Shown here in pieces: positions 19,122 through 30,185 of a stretch of 64,000 nt of DNA. Under the pieces are notes generated by a model. It was given only the letters and a program-made list of their open reading frames with translations. It was not told the DNA's origin and ran no database searches. The stretch covers positions 7,627 through 71,626 of the forward strand of contig DJWJ01000033.1 of assembly GCA_002440965.1 (NCBI GenBank), written 5' to 3'. The number at the start of each line of letters is the position of its first letter. Position 1 is the first letter of the stretch. The stretch is from Candidatus Omnitrophica bacterium UBA6233. Lineage in GTDB: Bacteria > Omnitrophota > Gorgyraeia > Gygaellales > Profunditerraquicolaceae. The translations under genes were made by a program, and so were the position numbers.

Positions 19122-19832
19122 CTATAATCCTCCGAACCTTCTCTCCCTGGACTGGTATTGTTTTACTGCTTCATTTAAATCGTCGGCGCCAAAATCCGGC
19201 CAGAACTTACCGGGAAAATACAATTCCGCGTAAGAAAGCTGCCAAAGCAGGAAATTGCTGATACGTAACTGCCCGCTGGTGCGAATCAATAGATCCGGAT
19301 CGGGCAGCTTACCTGTATAGAGATACCGGCTAAACATTTCTTCATCCAAATCGTTTGCGTCTGTTTTGGAATTAACGACATCAAGGGCAAAATTTTTGGC
19401 TGCATCCACTATTTCCTGACGCGCTCCATAATTTAACGCTAAAACCACAGTAAGCCCGGTATTATCCGCCGTCTTGGCTTGAGCCTCTTTAATCTTCTTC
19501 TGGATGGCCAACGGCAGCGGTTCGTCCCTGCCTATTACCAGAAAACGGATATTCCTCTTATCCATCTCTTTTACTTCATTAACTAAGTAATTATTTAAAT
19601 ACCGCATCAACATGTTAATCTCTTGTTTAGGCCTTGACCAGTTTTCGGAAGAAAATGCAAAGAATGTTATAACCTTGATCCCCAATTCCTGGGCGCACCT
19701 TATGACTTCTTTGACTCTCTTCATCCCCTCGCGGTGCCCCTGGGTCCGCGAAAGACCGCGCTCTTTGGCCCAACGGCCATTGCCATCCATTATTATTGCT
19801 ATATGTTTGGGCATTTTGTTTTTATCCGGCAT
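19122..19832 (-). CDS. uppS: isoprenyl transferase (undecaprenyl-diphosphate synthase)
   Basis: HIAIIMDGNGRWAKERGL..R..GH..G is the cis-prenyltransferase signature. 236 aa. Confidence 0.9.
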   Translation of the reverse strand: MPDKNKMPKHIAIIMDGNGRWAKERGLSRTQGHREGMKRVKEVIRCAQELGIKVITFFAFSSENWSRPKQEINMLMRYLNNYLVNEVKEMDKRNIRFLVIGRDEPLPLAIQKKIKEAQAKTADNTGLTVVLALNYGARQEIVDAAKNFALDVVNSKTDANDLDEEMFSRYLYTGKLPDPDLLIRTSGQLRISNFLLWQLSYAELYFPGKFWPDFGADDLNEAVKQYQSRERRFGGL

Positions 19833-19876
19833 TGTAAGTTTAACTTAAAAGTAAAAATACAGAAGGTAAAGCTATT

Positions 19877-20052
19877 AATGTCAAAGGTCAAAGCCCAAAA
19901 TTCAAAATAAATCTAAATGACAAAATCCAAATGGCCAAACTTCTGTTCTAAAATTTGACATTTTAATTTTGGATTTATTTTGGATTTTAAATTTTGTCAT
20001 TTGTTATTAAACTTTCAAATTGTGGTTTTACTTTTTTTAACTTTTGACTTCT
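19877..20052. repeat. palindromic element, family 1 (full-length, centre variant ccaaatggccaaacttctgttctaaaat)
   Basis: gtcaaagcccaaaattcaaaataaatctaaatgacaaaatccaaatggcc...tttggatttattttggattttaaattttgtcatttg, plus the tail aaattgtggttttactttttttaacttttgac. Confidence 0.85.
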
Positions 20053-20075
20053 ATAATTGAATTACTGCTTGGATT

Positions 20076-21656
20076 TTATTGATGTGCCCGGTAATCTATA
20101 TTGGGGAAAATATTGTCTTTGTACTCTATTTCTGAAAGCCAGGATTCGTCTACGGAGTTAGCATTCAAATCATCATAAAGCCGGTTGAACCGCAAAAGAT
20201 GGTCTTTGGTGCGGCGTAAAGCGTATTCGGTATGTGTGCCTGTGCCTAAAATAAAGGCCCAATCAGAACTTTGAGCCAATAATAATTCGCGTAAAGCTTG
20301 ATTCAAAGCCCTCTTAGTCAAACCGTTTACTCCATTATATTTCTTAGCCAACTCTGTCATCTCTTGCGAAGCAATATGCAAGTGGCGGTATATCCAATCA
20401 TTTGTGCCCTGCAGCCACATCTCGCTATACCCCTTCCATCCCCAGCTCGACATTGACGGAGTTATAACCTGATTACGCGGATTCTCATCCAAATACTCCG
20501 AAGGAGTGATAAGCCGGATTTCATCCTGATCGCAAGCAATCTTTCTTATCAAAAACTCTAGCCACGTCGGTCCTTCATACCACCAATGCCCGAATAGCTC
20601 CGCGTCGTACGGAGAAATGATTATGGGCTTTTTTTGCATGAAATCATAGAGATACTCCACTTGCTTTTGACGGTTAAACATAAAATTACCCGCTTGCTCT
20701 GCCGCCCTGTTTTGCGCCAAATGCGGGTTATAAGGCTCTTTATGGTTTCCTGAACCGGTGATACGGTAATATTTTATCCCGGTATTTATCCTCACCCCGT
20801 CAGGATGGATATAAGGTTTGATATATTCGTACTCCAGATCAAAGCCTATGTCTCGATAGAACTCACGGTAATTATAGTCTCCCGGGTAACCTTCGACAGA
20901 AGACCAAACCTGTTTTGAAGATTCCAGGTCTCTGGCAAAACAAGCTACACCTGTTCCCTTGCAATAGACCGGAGCAAAAACTCCGTATTTTGGGCGAGGA
21001 GTTCCATGCAATAATCCGTGAGAATCGGTAAAGAAATAACGCAGCCCGGTTTCTTTCAAGATTTCGTCCTGCCCCGGATAGTAACCGCACTCAGGCAACC
21101 AAATACCTCTTGGTTTTCTGCCGAATACACTTTCATAGTGGCTTACAGCGACTTTTACCTGAGCCCTGACTGATTCCCTATGCACGTCCATAAGCGGGAA
21201 ATAACCGTGGGTTGCGCCGCAGGTAATAATCTCCAACTTTCCTAAATCCTGAAATTTCTTGAATGCGTTTACTAAATTGCGGTTATACCTTAAAAAAGTA
21301 TCCCTGGCCTTGGAGAATTCGGATAAATACATTAAAGCCAAATTATGGAATTCCGGCTGCCAGCGGGTTCGCTCTATCTCCTTATGCGCAAGCTCAATCA
21401 ATCTATTTATGTGTTTTAAATATCTTTCCTGAAGGAGAGCATCGCCCAGCATTGAAGTCAATGTCGGGCTAAGAGTCATTGTTATGCGAAAGTCTATCCC
21501 ATCATTAACCAGCCTCTCAAATACCAAAATCAGAGGGACATACGTTTCGGTGATTGCTTCGTAGAGCCAGTCTTCCTCCAAGAAATCTTCGTGCTCGGGA
21601 TGACGCACATACGGAAGATGGCCGTGCAAAACTAAACTAAGATAACCTTTATTCAT
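20076..21656 (-). CDS. glycoside hydrolase family 57 protein (Thermus-type glucan branching enzyme-like)
   Basis: 526 aa. The N-terminus LSLVLHGHLPYV and overall size match GH57 branching enzymes. Confidence 0.75.
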   Translation of the reverse strand: MNKGYLSLVLHGHLPYVRHPEHEDFLEEDWLYEAITETYVPLILVFERLVNDGIDFRITMTLSPTLTSMLGDALLQERYLKHINRLIELAHKEIERTRWQPEFHNLALMYLSEFSKARDTFLRYNRNLVNAFKKFQDLGKLEIITCGATHGYFPLMDVHRESVRAQVKVAVSHYESVFGRKPRGIWLPECGYYPGQDEILKETGLRYFFTDSHGLLHGTPRPKYGVFAPVYCKGTGVACFARDLESSKQVWSSVEGYPGDYNYREFYRDIGFDLEYEYIKPYIHPDGVRINTGIKYYRITGSGNHKEPYNPHLAQNRAAEQAGNFMFNRQKQVEYLYDFMQKKPIIISPYDAELFGHWWYEGPTWLEFLIRKIACDQDEIRLITPSEYLDENPRNQVITPSMSSWGWKGYSEMWLQGTNDWIYRHLHIASQEMTELAKKYNGVNGLTKRALNQALRELLLAQSSDWAFILGTGTHTEYALRRTKDHLLRFNRLYDDLNANSVDESWLSEIEYKDNIFPNIDYRAHQ

Positions 21657-21675
21657 ATTTAATTATACGGGTATA

Positions 21676-21810
21676 ATGACAAATGATAAAATTCAAAAAC
21701 CAAAATAAATCCAAAATTAAAATGTCAAATTTTAGAACAGAGGTTTGGCCATTTGGATTTTGTCATTTAGATTTATTTTGAATTTTGAGCTTTGTCATTT
21801 GACATTAAGC
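21676..21810. repeat. palindromic element, family 1 (same centre variant as 19877 copy, opposite orientation)
   Basis: The centre atgtcaaattttagaacagaggtttggccatttgg is the reverse complement of the centre of the 19877 copy. The arms are gacaaatgataaaattcaaaaaccaaaataaatccaaaa / ttttgtcatttagatttattttgaattttgagctttgtcatttgacatt. Confidence 0.85.
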
Positions 21811-22775
21811 TACTTGGTTTCTCTATTCACAATCGGAGTTATTGTACGTTCATCTACCTTATCTGCGGATATGGCCTTAACCGGGATGACCTGTTTCCCG
21901 TCGGGAAGGGCAAAACGCAAAGTAAATGTCCCATCCGGCCTCAAATTTATCGGCTTACCCTGAACGGTAACTTTGGCATCAGGTTCAGTTGCTCCATACA
22001 CAATCAGCTCACAATCAACCCTAAGCCAAAAAGCTCTTTTTAAAGGCTTTCTTACGGGGCTGGTCATTGAAGCTATGCCCGGAGAGCTCACAATCTTTTC
22101 TCTCCAGGTTTTTCCTGCCGGGGAACTCTTCCCCTGTCCAAAACCCATACCATAAAGCCGGGCGAACATTTCATCGGGTATCATCCATTCTTCATCCGTA
22201 ATCCAGGAAGGGCCGTCTAAAGGAGTTTGAGCGACATTTGAACGAAGTATTGTAAGAAACCTCCCGTCGCTCAAAATGAACCCAAAATCAACACACCAGG
22301 ATTTACCCGGCGCACCGACATCAATATACCAGTTACTGGCAAATTCATGAATATGGATGTCAAAAAAACGGTTGGCGTTTGAACCGTTAAAATTGATATT
22401 GGTTACGTCATAAACCCTCAGTACCCGCTTAGCTTTATAGAATTCTTCCCGGAGTTCGGACTTTAATCTTGCTACCGTAGTTTGCTTAACTTCCCAATAA
22501 GTATATAGCCACCAGGGATCTCGAACAAGAAGCGCCATCTTGTCGACTTCATATTTGGAGGGTAAATCCTGGGGCAGATTTTTACTGGGTTGGCGTAAAA
22601 TTTCCGGGTGAGAAAACTTAGTGGTCCCTATAGCAATTTCTTGCGCTCCAAGAGTCACTTTTACATCTTCTTGGACAGCAGCCTTGGCTTTTATTTTTCT
22701 TGCAGGCCTTTTTCCTCCTAAGAGCGGCTTTTTCAAAAGAATTTTCTTTATCTTCTTTATTTTAACCCTAGCCAT
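21810..22775 (-). CDS. DUF4912 domain protein
   Basis: 321 aa with a basic N-terminal tail, then a domain I recall as DUF4912, which commonly neighbours GH57 genes. Confidence 0.5.
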   Translation of the reverse strand: MARVKIKKIKKILLKKPLLGGKRPARKIKAKAAVQEDVKVTLGAQEIAIGTTKFSHPEILRQPSKNLPQDLPSKYEVDKMALLVRDPWWLYTYWEVKQTTVARLKSELREEFYKAKRVLRVYDVTNINFNGSNANRFFDIHIHEFASNWYIDVGAPGKSWCVDFGFILSDGRFLTILRSNVAQTPLDGPSWITDEEWMIPDEMFARLYGMGFGQGKSSPAGKTWREKIVSSPGIASMTSPVRKPLKRAFWLRVDCELIVYGATEPDAKVTVQGKPINLRPDGTFTLRFALPDGKQVIPVKAISADKVDERTITPIVNRETK

Positions 22776-22862
22776 AACATACCTCCGTCTTCCCTAATAA
22801 AAAAGGGGATTACTCTCCCCTTTTTTCAAGAACTGTATGGTCTGTTCTTTACCTCCCCTATT

Positions 22863-23237
22863 TCATTTCTTGGCCTTTTTATTAAATGCCAATTGCTTCC
22901 TAAGCTCTTCCTCTAAGGTCTCTTTAGCCTTGTTCAACTTCTGCAAATCTTCCTTAAGGCTGTTGTTCATCAACTGCTCCTGAGCCAGAATCTTTTTTGT
23001 TTCCAGATTAGCGGTTGCCTCTTGTTCTAACTGCTTTTGCAATTCTTTTAATTTACCGGCGGTGTTCGCATTCTCCAGCGCAAGCTTACCTGACTTCTCT
23101 TCCAACTCCATCCTCTGGAACATTTCTTTCTTACGGGCGGAACTCTGGTTATGGGCGCTAACACAGGAACCTATATTGAAAACGAAAAGCATTAAAGCTA
23201 ATCCACTCAATATTATGACAACTCTATTTTTATCCAT
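22863..23237 (-). CDS. coiled-coil protein with N-terminal signal/TM anchor
   Basis: 124 aa. A hydrophobic N-terminus, then heptad-like E/K/L/Q-rich sequence. Confidence 0.4.
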   Translation of the reverse strand: MDKNRVVIILSGLALMLFVFNIGSCVSAHNQSSARKKEMFQRMELEEKSGKLALENANTAGKLKELQKQLEQEATANLETKKILAQEQLMNNSLKEDLQKLNKAKETLEEELRKQLAFNKKAKK

Positions 23238-23240
23238 AAT

Positions 23241-23300
23241 TACATATACCCAGGATTGAATCTTGGAATTTTAAACATTCATTCGTCATTGAAACTTAGA
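23241..23300. repeat. partial family 2 element
   Basis: cccaggattgaatcttggaattttaaacattcattcgtcattgaaacttag shares the cattcgtcattg core with the 4921 and 32195 copies. Confidence 0.5.
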
Positions 23301-23318
23301 TACTGGTCATTATTAATA

Positions 23319-23969
23319 TTATTTAAGGTTTTCTTTAGGCTCGCTAAGCCCAGTCTCCTCGGCGGCCTTGCCTTCTTTGACCTTGCTCACCTTAGGCTGA
23401 ATTACAATCTCAACCCTGCGGTTAAGCTTGCGGCCCTCTTTTGTATCATTGCCGGAAACCGGCCGGTACTCGCCGAAGCCAATGGCAGAAAGCCGTTCAG
23501 GAGAAATACCTTTATCATTAGCCAGAAAATGTAAAACACTTAAAGCCCGGGCAGTAGAAAGTTCCCAATTCGACTTCCAATTTGAATGCTTAATCGGAAC
23601 GTTATCGGTATAGCCTTCTATGCCTACATTAAAATTAGCCATATTATCCTTCAGGACGACAGCGACCTTATCCAAAAGAGGATAAGCGCTATGTTTGATT
23701 TTTGCTTTTCCGGAATCAAAAAGCACATCGCCGACGACGGTAATAACCAACCCCTTCTCCATCATCTGCAGCTTAACTTCATTATCGGAAATCTCTTTTC
23801 CCAATCTTTCCTCAAGCAGTTTTTTGGCTTGAGCCAAATCTTCCAACTGTTGAGAAAGCTGGTCGATAGTCTGTTTATCCGAACGCCTGCCGCTTTGAAA
23901 GATAAAAGTGCATCCGGCCAGCGAAAAACCCAAGATAACGATAAGAACGGTCTTGAAAATTTTCTTCAT
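23319..23969 (-). CDS. OmpA-family lipoprotein (coiled-coil + OmpA C-terminal peptidoglycan-binding domain)
   Basis: Lipobox LAGC. The OmpA_C motifs NLSLSEARA-like (NWELSTARA) and R.VEIV are present. Confidence 0.7.
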   Translation of the reverse strand: MKKIFKTVLIVILGFSLAGCTFIFQSGRRSDKQTIDQLSQQLEDLAQAKKLLEERLGKEISDNEVKLQMMEKGLVITVVGDVLFDSGKAKIKHSAYPLLDKVAVVLKDNMANFNVGIEGYTDNVPIKHSNWKSNWELSTARALSVLHFLANDKGISPERLSAIGFGEYRPVSGNDTKEGRKLNRRVEIVIQPKVSKVKEGKAAEETGLSEPKENLK

Positions 23970-24017
23970 GGTTCACCTCTCCTTTTGTTGAAATTTACTA
24001 TAACACAGGCCTAAAAC

Positions 24018-25310
<1,293 letters not shown>

Positions 25311-25347
25311 CTATACTATCTACTGAATACTCTCTATCCTAGACATA

Positions 25348-26583
25348 TTACGGCGCCATCGTAAATATCTTACGCGCTATATCCGGATACTTGGCTACAA
25401 ACTTAAGCTCATCGTCAACTAGGGGCTTTTGATTATGAACATTGGCATATCTGACCAGTTCCAAAACTTCCGTTGCCTCAGCATCATCCTTAAAAATAAT
25501 CTCCAATTTATCATAAACGTTTCTAAATCCTTTTATTCCTGAATATTCACCGGCGGTTATTTTTCTTCCGGTATCGATTATTTCAGGATCGCCTCTGCCT
25601 AATTCCTCATAATCATAAAGCTCATAATTGCGCCGGTCCTTAAGCGCGCCATCCGCGTGAATCCCGGATTCATGGGCAAACGCGTTTGCGCCTACCCCCG
25701 GCTGATTTATCGGTATAGGCACTCCAAAGGCATACGAAGCGTATTTACAAATTTTCCAAGCAATCTTTAAATTCACTTTCTCATCAAGAGAATATTTTTT
25801 CATATCATTACCATACCTGATGGCTAGTATTACAGACACCAAATCCGCGTTTCCGGCGCGCTCACCCATTCCGTTGACACAAGTATTAATATAGGCATCG
25901 CACCCGGCGTCATTTGCCGCTTTTGCTCCGGCAATGGAATTAGCTACCACCAAACCCAAATCATTATGGCAATGCACTTCAATAGGTATATTTACCGCCT
26001 CTGCCAATATCTTTATCCTGTCGTAGATTGAAAATGGAGTGTCACAACCCAAGGTATCACAGTAACGAATCCTGTCTGCCCCGGCTTTCTTGGCTGCTTG
26101 GGCGAATTCAATCAAATAGTCCATATCTGTCCGGGAGGCGTCTTCGGCGTTTACGCCTACGGAATCGGTTCCCAGATGTTTAGCTTCTTTAACCGACTCG
26201 GCCATCTCTTTAATCACTGATTGGTGATCGAGCTTCCCTTTAAACTTATGGATAATCATCTGGTCTGAAGTGGAAATAGATAAGTTGACGTGTTTTAAGT
26301 GAGGGACGAGCTTAAAAGCGCTCTTTACATCATCTTTTGTCGCCCGGAGCCAGCCACCCAGCCTGATTGAAGAAAGCTCGCTGTTCTTTACCAGTTCTAA
26401 GTTGGCATTTAGATAATTCGTTTCATGGTGGGTAAGCGGGAAACCGAACTCTGACTGGAATACGCCCATTTCATTCAGAAAAATATTAAGCATGGTCTTC
26501 TGTAATTTGGAAAGGCATATTCGCGATGTTTGGACTCCGTCCCGATTGGTTACATCAATAAGGTAGATTTTTGGTTTAGTCAT
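25348..26583 (-). CDS. HMGL-like / homocitrate-isopropylmalate synthase family protein
   Basis: 411 aa DRE-TIM metallolyase with H.HNDLGLVVANSIAGAKAG. The N-terminus reads DVTNRDGVQ where DTTLRDGEQ is expected, so the conserved Glu is Val here. Confidence 0.6.
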   Translation of the reverse strand: MTKPKIYLIDVTNRDGVQTSRICLSKLQKTMLNIFLNEMGVFQSEFGFPLTHHETNYLNANLELVKNSELSSIRLGGWLRATKDDVKSAFKLVPHLKHVNLSISTSDQMIIHKFKGKLDHQSVIKEMAESVKEAKHLGTDSVGVNAEDASRTDMDYLIEFAQAAKKAGADRIRYCDTLGCDTPFSIYDRIKILAEAVNIPIEVHCHNDLGLVVANSIAGAKAANDAGCDAYINTCVNGMGERAGNADLVSVILAIRYGNDMKKYSLDEKVNLKIAWKICKYASYAFGVPIPINQPGVGANAFAHESGIHADGALKDRRNYELYDYEELGRGDPEIIDTGRKITAGEYSGIKGFRNVYDKLEIIFKDDAEATEVLELVRYANVHNQKPLVDDELKFVAKYPDIARKIFTMAP

Positions 26584-26602
26584 AGCTAACTCCCTTTTAA
26601 AT

Positions 26603-26745
26603 TAATGACAAATGACAAAATTCAAAGCTCAAAATAAGCCCAAAGCACTAATGATAAATACCAAAACAAAAGTTTTGTTATTTGAAATTTGACCTTTGAA
26701 CCTATCTTGGATTTTGAGTTTTGACATTTGTCATTAAACTATCTA
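26603..26745. repeat. palindromic element, family 1 (diverged)
   Basis: aatgacaaatgacaaaattcaaagctcaaaataagcc...ttggattttgagttttgacatttgtcatt. Confidence 0.75.
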
Positions 26746-28586
26746 TTTTTTAACAATCTTTTCAATTCCTTCTTAGCAGGCGCTCCTTTAGAAGAAAAAA
26801 TCTGCTGGTTATCTATAAGATATGTCGGTCCAAACATAATTTTGGACTCTTTGGCTAAACTGATATTATTTCTCAACAGAGCCAAACCTTCCTGGCCGCG
26901 GGCGCAGGATTTTATCTTATTTAAATCGATTTTGACAGCGCAATCATCCCACCAAGAGCTACCGATATTCTTAACCCTGCAGGTAATATAATCCCAGAAT
27001 CTATCCGGATAATATTTTTGAACGCAAACAGCGCGCAAATCCTCTTCTATCTCCGCGTCTCCATTCATAGTTTCAATCTTATTCCCATCCATAACGGCCA
27101 AGAAGTGCAGTGCCGGGTTGAATTCTCTAACCACATTCAAAACCTCAAGCGTATTTTTCCCGAAGAGACTTATGAATAAATCGAATTTCCCTTTAATGCC
27201 CTGACGGTTAACAAGATACCCTATTCCGGCAACTTCGGGTTTCAATAGATAAAAATTATCCCTCTCAATGAACTTAGTTTTCAATTTATCGAAATTTTCT
27301 TCTTTGAATATTTCTTTTCCTAAAAGAAATACCGGTAAGCCAATCGCTTTGGAATCCTCAAACAGTTTTGCAGCTTTTTTGTCCGGATAATATAAATATG
27401 AAGTCTCTAGGCCCGGAAATTGCTTTTTAAGAAAACTTATCGCTGGTTCAGGGTTGCAAACCAAACAGTCTTTAGTGGTAATAACCGTAAGATTGATTTT
27501 GGCCGCCTTACTGAATGAACACTCGGCATTATATAACCCGGGATTCCTGCAGATTCCGATAAAACCTTCTTTCTTGCATTCAGTAGCCGAAAAACAGCGC
27601 GGTAAGATAGAAAGAATAGAGGGTTCGTCGCCAATCTTATCCGAAAGCCTCAATTCTTCAACCTTGAATTTCTTTATCTTATCGCCTCTAATACCAAGCA
27701 CGGCTTTTCCGAGCCGGCGGCCCTGCCAATTCGCACGCAGGATAACAGTATCCCCCGCCTTGCCAAATGAATCACTAATAGTATTGCCTCGACCGTGTCC
27801 ATCAATAAGAACAGAAATTCCCGGCACACCCCCGATAATCTTTAAATCCTCCTGTTCACCCAGGTTGCTTAAAAGGATAATCAGTTTGACTTTCTGCTTT
27901 TTCAATTCCCGGACTGACGATTCTACGGCCTGCTTAGGATCAATAAGTTTTAAATCCGGGCTTCTGCGTTCAGCCGCTAAATTCGTCAATCCTATAATAC
28001 CAACCTTTATACCCGCCACATTCCTGACGACATAAGGTTTAACCGTGCCAAGGCTTAAATTCGAAGAGACGAAATCTAATTTTGTTTTATTGATGTTCTC
28101 GCTCAAGAAATCTTTACCGAAATTGAATTCATCATTGCTTATATTTACCGCATCGTATTTCATTGATTCCATAGCAGAAAGGCTTATCTTCGCCCGCTGC
28201 ATATCTAATTGTGTATTCTGCGTATTCTGGTCCAAAGGCCCTGCGCTAAAGAAATTCCCTGAATCCAAGACCAAAACATCAGGATATTCTTTTCTTAATT
28301 GTTTGATTAAAGTTGCCCGGCGGGCTACTCCGCCATCCGGTTCAACAGGACAATTACAATGGTAAAGCATAGCATGCGTTTCACCGGTATAGATCAAGAC
28401 CAACTCTTTATCTTTAGTGTAAACGGAGCTAATGATAAGCGCCAAAACACAAATAACAAATGAAATCCAAATGACAAAATTCAAATGAGAAAACTTTTTA
28501 TAGTTTTGACATTTTAGATTTGGATTCATTTTTCCTGCTTGTTCGGCAGAAGGAGAATTTGGGATTTGGAATTTGGGATTGTTCAT
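26739..28586 (-). CDS. metallophosphatase/5'-nucleotidase (UshA-like) fused to C-terminal tandem thioredoxin/DsbA-like domains
   Basis: 615 aa. The N-half has calcineurin-like and 5'-nucleotidase motifs (VLDSGN, ISNDEFNFG). The C-half has CLVCNPE (a CxxC) and a DsbA-like FGPTYLIDNQ. The first ~45 codons are encoded by repeat sequence, so the true start is uncertain. Confidence 0.6.
   Translation of the reverse strand: MNNPKFQIPNSPSAEQAGKMNPNLKCQNYKKFSHLNFVIWISFVICVLALIISSVYTKDKELVLIYTGETHAMLYHCNCPVEPDGGVARRATLIKQLRKEYPDVLVLDSGNFFSAGPLDQNTQNTQLDMQRAKISLSAMESMKYDAVNISNDEFNFGKDFLSENINKTKLDFVSSNLSLGTVKPYVVRNVAGIKVGIIGLTNLAAERRSPDLKLIDPKQAVESSVRELKKQKVKLIILLSNLGEQEDLKIIGGVPGISVLIDGHGRGNTISDSFGKAGDTVILRANWQGRRLGKAVLGIRGDKIKKFKVEELRLSDKIGDEPSILSILPRCFSATECKKEGFIGICRNPGLYNAECSFSKAAKINLTVITTKDCLVCNPEPAISFLKKQFPGLETSYLYYPDKKAAKLFEDSKAIGLPVFLLGKEIFKEENFDKLKTKFIERDNFYLLKPEVAGIGYLVNRQGIKGKFDLFISLFGKNTLEVLNVVREFNPALHFLAVMDGNKIETMNGDAEIEEDLRAVCVQKYYPDRFWDYITCRVKNIGSSWWDDCAVKIDLNKIKSCARGQEGLALLRNNISLAKESKIMFGPTYLIDNQQIFSSKGAPAKKELKRLLKNR
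28430..28580. repeat. palindromic element (family 1 arm plus family 2-like ggatttggaatttgggatt) overlapping predicted 5' end of the 5'-nucleotidase ORF
   Basis: caaatgaaatccaaatgacaaaattcaaatgagaaaac...ttttgacattttagatttggatt...gggatttggaatttgggatt. Confidence 0.7.
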
Positions 28587-28588
28587 AT

Positions 28589-30175
28589 TTATACTCTAAT
28601 TCCTTTTATGGTCAGAATGTTTTCCAGTTTCTTGATTTTCCCGGCCAGCTCCGCCGATACCGGGCTATCTACGCTTAAAACGCTGATTGCCTTTCCTGCG
28701 GGTTTATCGCGGCCAAAAGTCATGGCAGCGATATTCACGCCATGCTTACCCAAAACCGTGCCCAAACTTCCGATTAAACCGGGCCTATCCCAATTCTCGA
28801 TATAGATCATTTCCCCGGTAGGATATAACTCCACGTAGTATTCGTCGATTTTAACGATCCTTGCCTGTTTATTGCCAGAGAGCGTGCCCCAAATTACCCT
28901 CGTCTCTTTATCGGTTTTCAAGGCCAACTTGATAAGATTGACAAATTCTTCTTCCTTAGAAGCTTTCCCTTCTTTGACCTTTATCCCCCGCTCTTTAGCC
29001 AAAGAAACCGCGTTAACAAAATTTACGGTTTCTTTCAGTATGGGGAAAAGTAAACCTTTGCAGACGGACATAGTCAGCGGGCTTAGATCATAAGCAGAAA
29101 TTTCTCCGCTATAACTTATATCCAATTCCTGGAATCTACCTTCAACCAGTTGCGCCAAAAATAAACCGAGTTTCTCAGCTAAAACTATATGCGGATTAAG
29201 CACCTTGCACGCTTCGGGCTCGAGGCAGGGATAATTGGCGGCGTTACGTATTCCCTTGCCCAAAAGCGCGTCTCTCACAATTTCGGCTACTTCTATGGCG
29301 ACATTAACCTGCGCCTCTTCAGTGGAAGCGCCTAAATGCGGCGTAACAATGACATTATCCAGTTTTAAAAGTTCGTTATCCGGGGCAACAGGTTCTTTTT
29401 CAAAAACATCGAAAGCGGCGCCGGCAATCTTGCCTTCCTTTATGGCTGCAATCAAAGCCTGCTCATCGATAATGCCGCCTCTTGCGCAATTAATAACCCG
29501 CGCGCCTTTTTTCATAATCTCAAATTGAGGTTGGGAAATCATATGTCTTGTTTCTTCGGTCAAAGGGGTATGCACCGTGATATAATCAGAAGATTGTAAC
29601 AACTCGTTAAGTTCAACTACTTTTATACCGAGAGATTCGGCAATCTCTTTCGATAAAAACGGGTCATAAACCAAAACCGACATCCCGAAAGATATAGCCC
29701 GTTTAGCCACTTCTTTGCCAATCCTGCCGAAACCAACTATACCCAGCGTCTTGGCGTAAAGCTCAACGCCCATGAATTTCGAACGTTTCCATTCACCCTT
29801 TTTGGTAGAGGCAGTTGCCTGCGGTATGTTTCTAGATAAAGCGAGAATCATACTGAACGCGTGTTCCGCCGTTGAAATGGTATTGCCTGCGGGAGTATTC
29901 ATGACAATGATACCTTTTTGCGTCGCAGCTGCCAAATCAACATTATCCAGCCCGACACCTGCGCGGCCGATAACCTTAAGCTTACTTGCGGCATCAATTA
30001 TATCTTTGGTAACTTTGGTAGCGCTCCTGACCAAAAGGGCATCGTAATCCTTGATAATCTCCTTTAATCCGTCGGGTTTTAGTTCTGTCTTTATATCAGT
30101 TTGAAATTCTTTTACATCTTTGAGAATTTTCAAGCCCTCATCGGACAAAGCGTCACTAACTAAAATTTTAATCAT
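28589..30175 (-). CDS. serA: D-3-phosphoglycerate dehydrogenase (with ACT domain)
   Basis: 528 aa. A 2-hydroxyacid dehydrogenase core with GIVGFGRIG NAD motif, an ASB domain and a C-terminal ACT domain. Confidence 0.85.
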   Translation of the reverse strand: MIKILVSDALSDEGLKILKDVKEFQTDIKTELKPDGLKEIIKDYDALLVRSATKVTKDIIDAASKLKVIGRAGVGLDNVDLAAATQKGIIVMNTPAGNTISTAEHAFSMILALSRNIPQATASTKKGEWKRSKFMGVELYAKTLGIVGFGRIGKEVAKRAISFGMSVLVYDPFLSKEIAESLGIKVVELNELLQSSDYITVHTPLTEETRHMISQPQFEIMKKGARVINCARGGIIDEQALIAAIKEGKIAGAAFDVFEKEPVAPDNELLKLDNVIVTPHLGASTEEAQVNVAIEVAEIVRDALLGKGIRNAANYPCLEPEACKVLNPHIVLAEKLGLFLAQLVEGRFQELDISYSGEISAYDLSPLTMSVCKGLLFPILKETVNFVNAVSLAKERGIKVKEGKASKEEEFVNLIKLALKTDKETRVIWGTLSGNKQARIVKIDEYYVELYPTGEMIYIENWDRPGLIGSLGTVLGKHGVNIAAMTFGRDKPAGKAISVLSVDSPVSAELAGKIKKLENILTIKGIRV

Positions 30176-30185
30176 AGCCTGCTCC

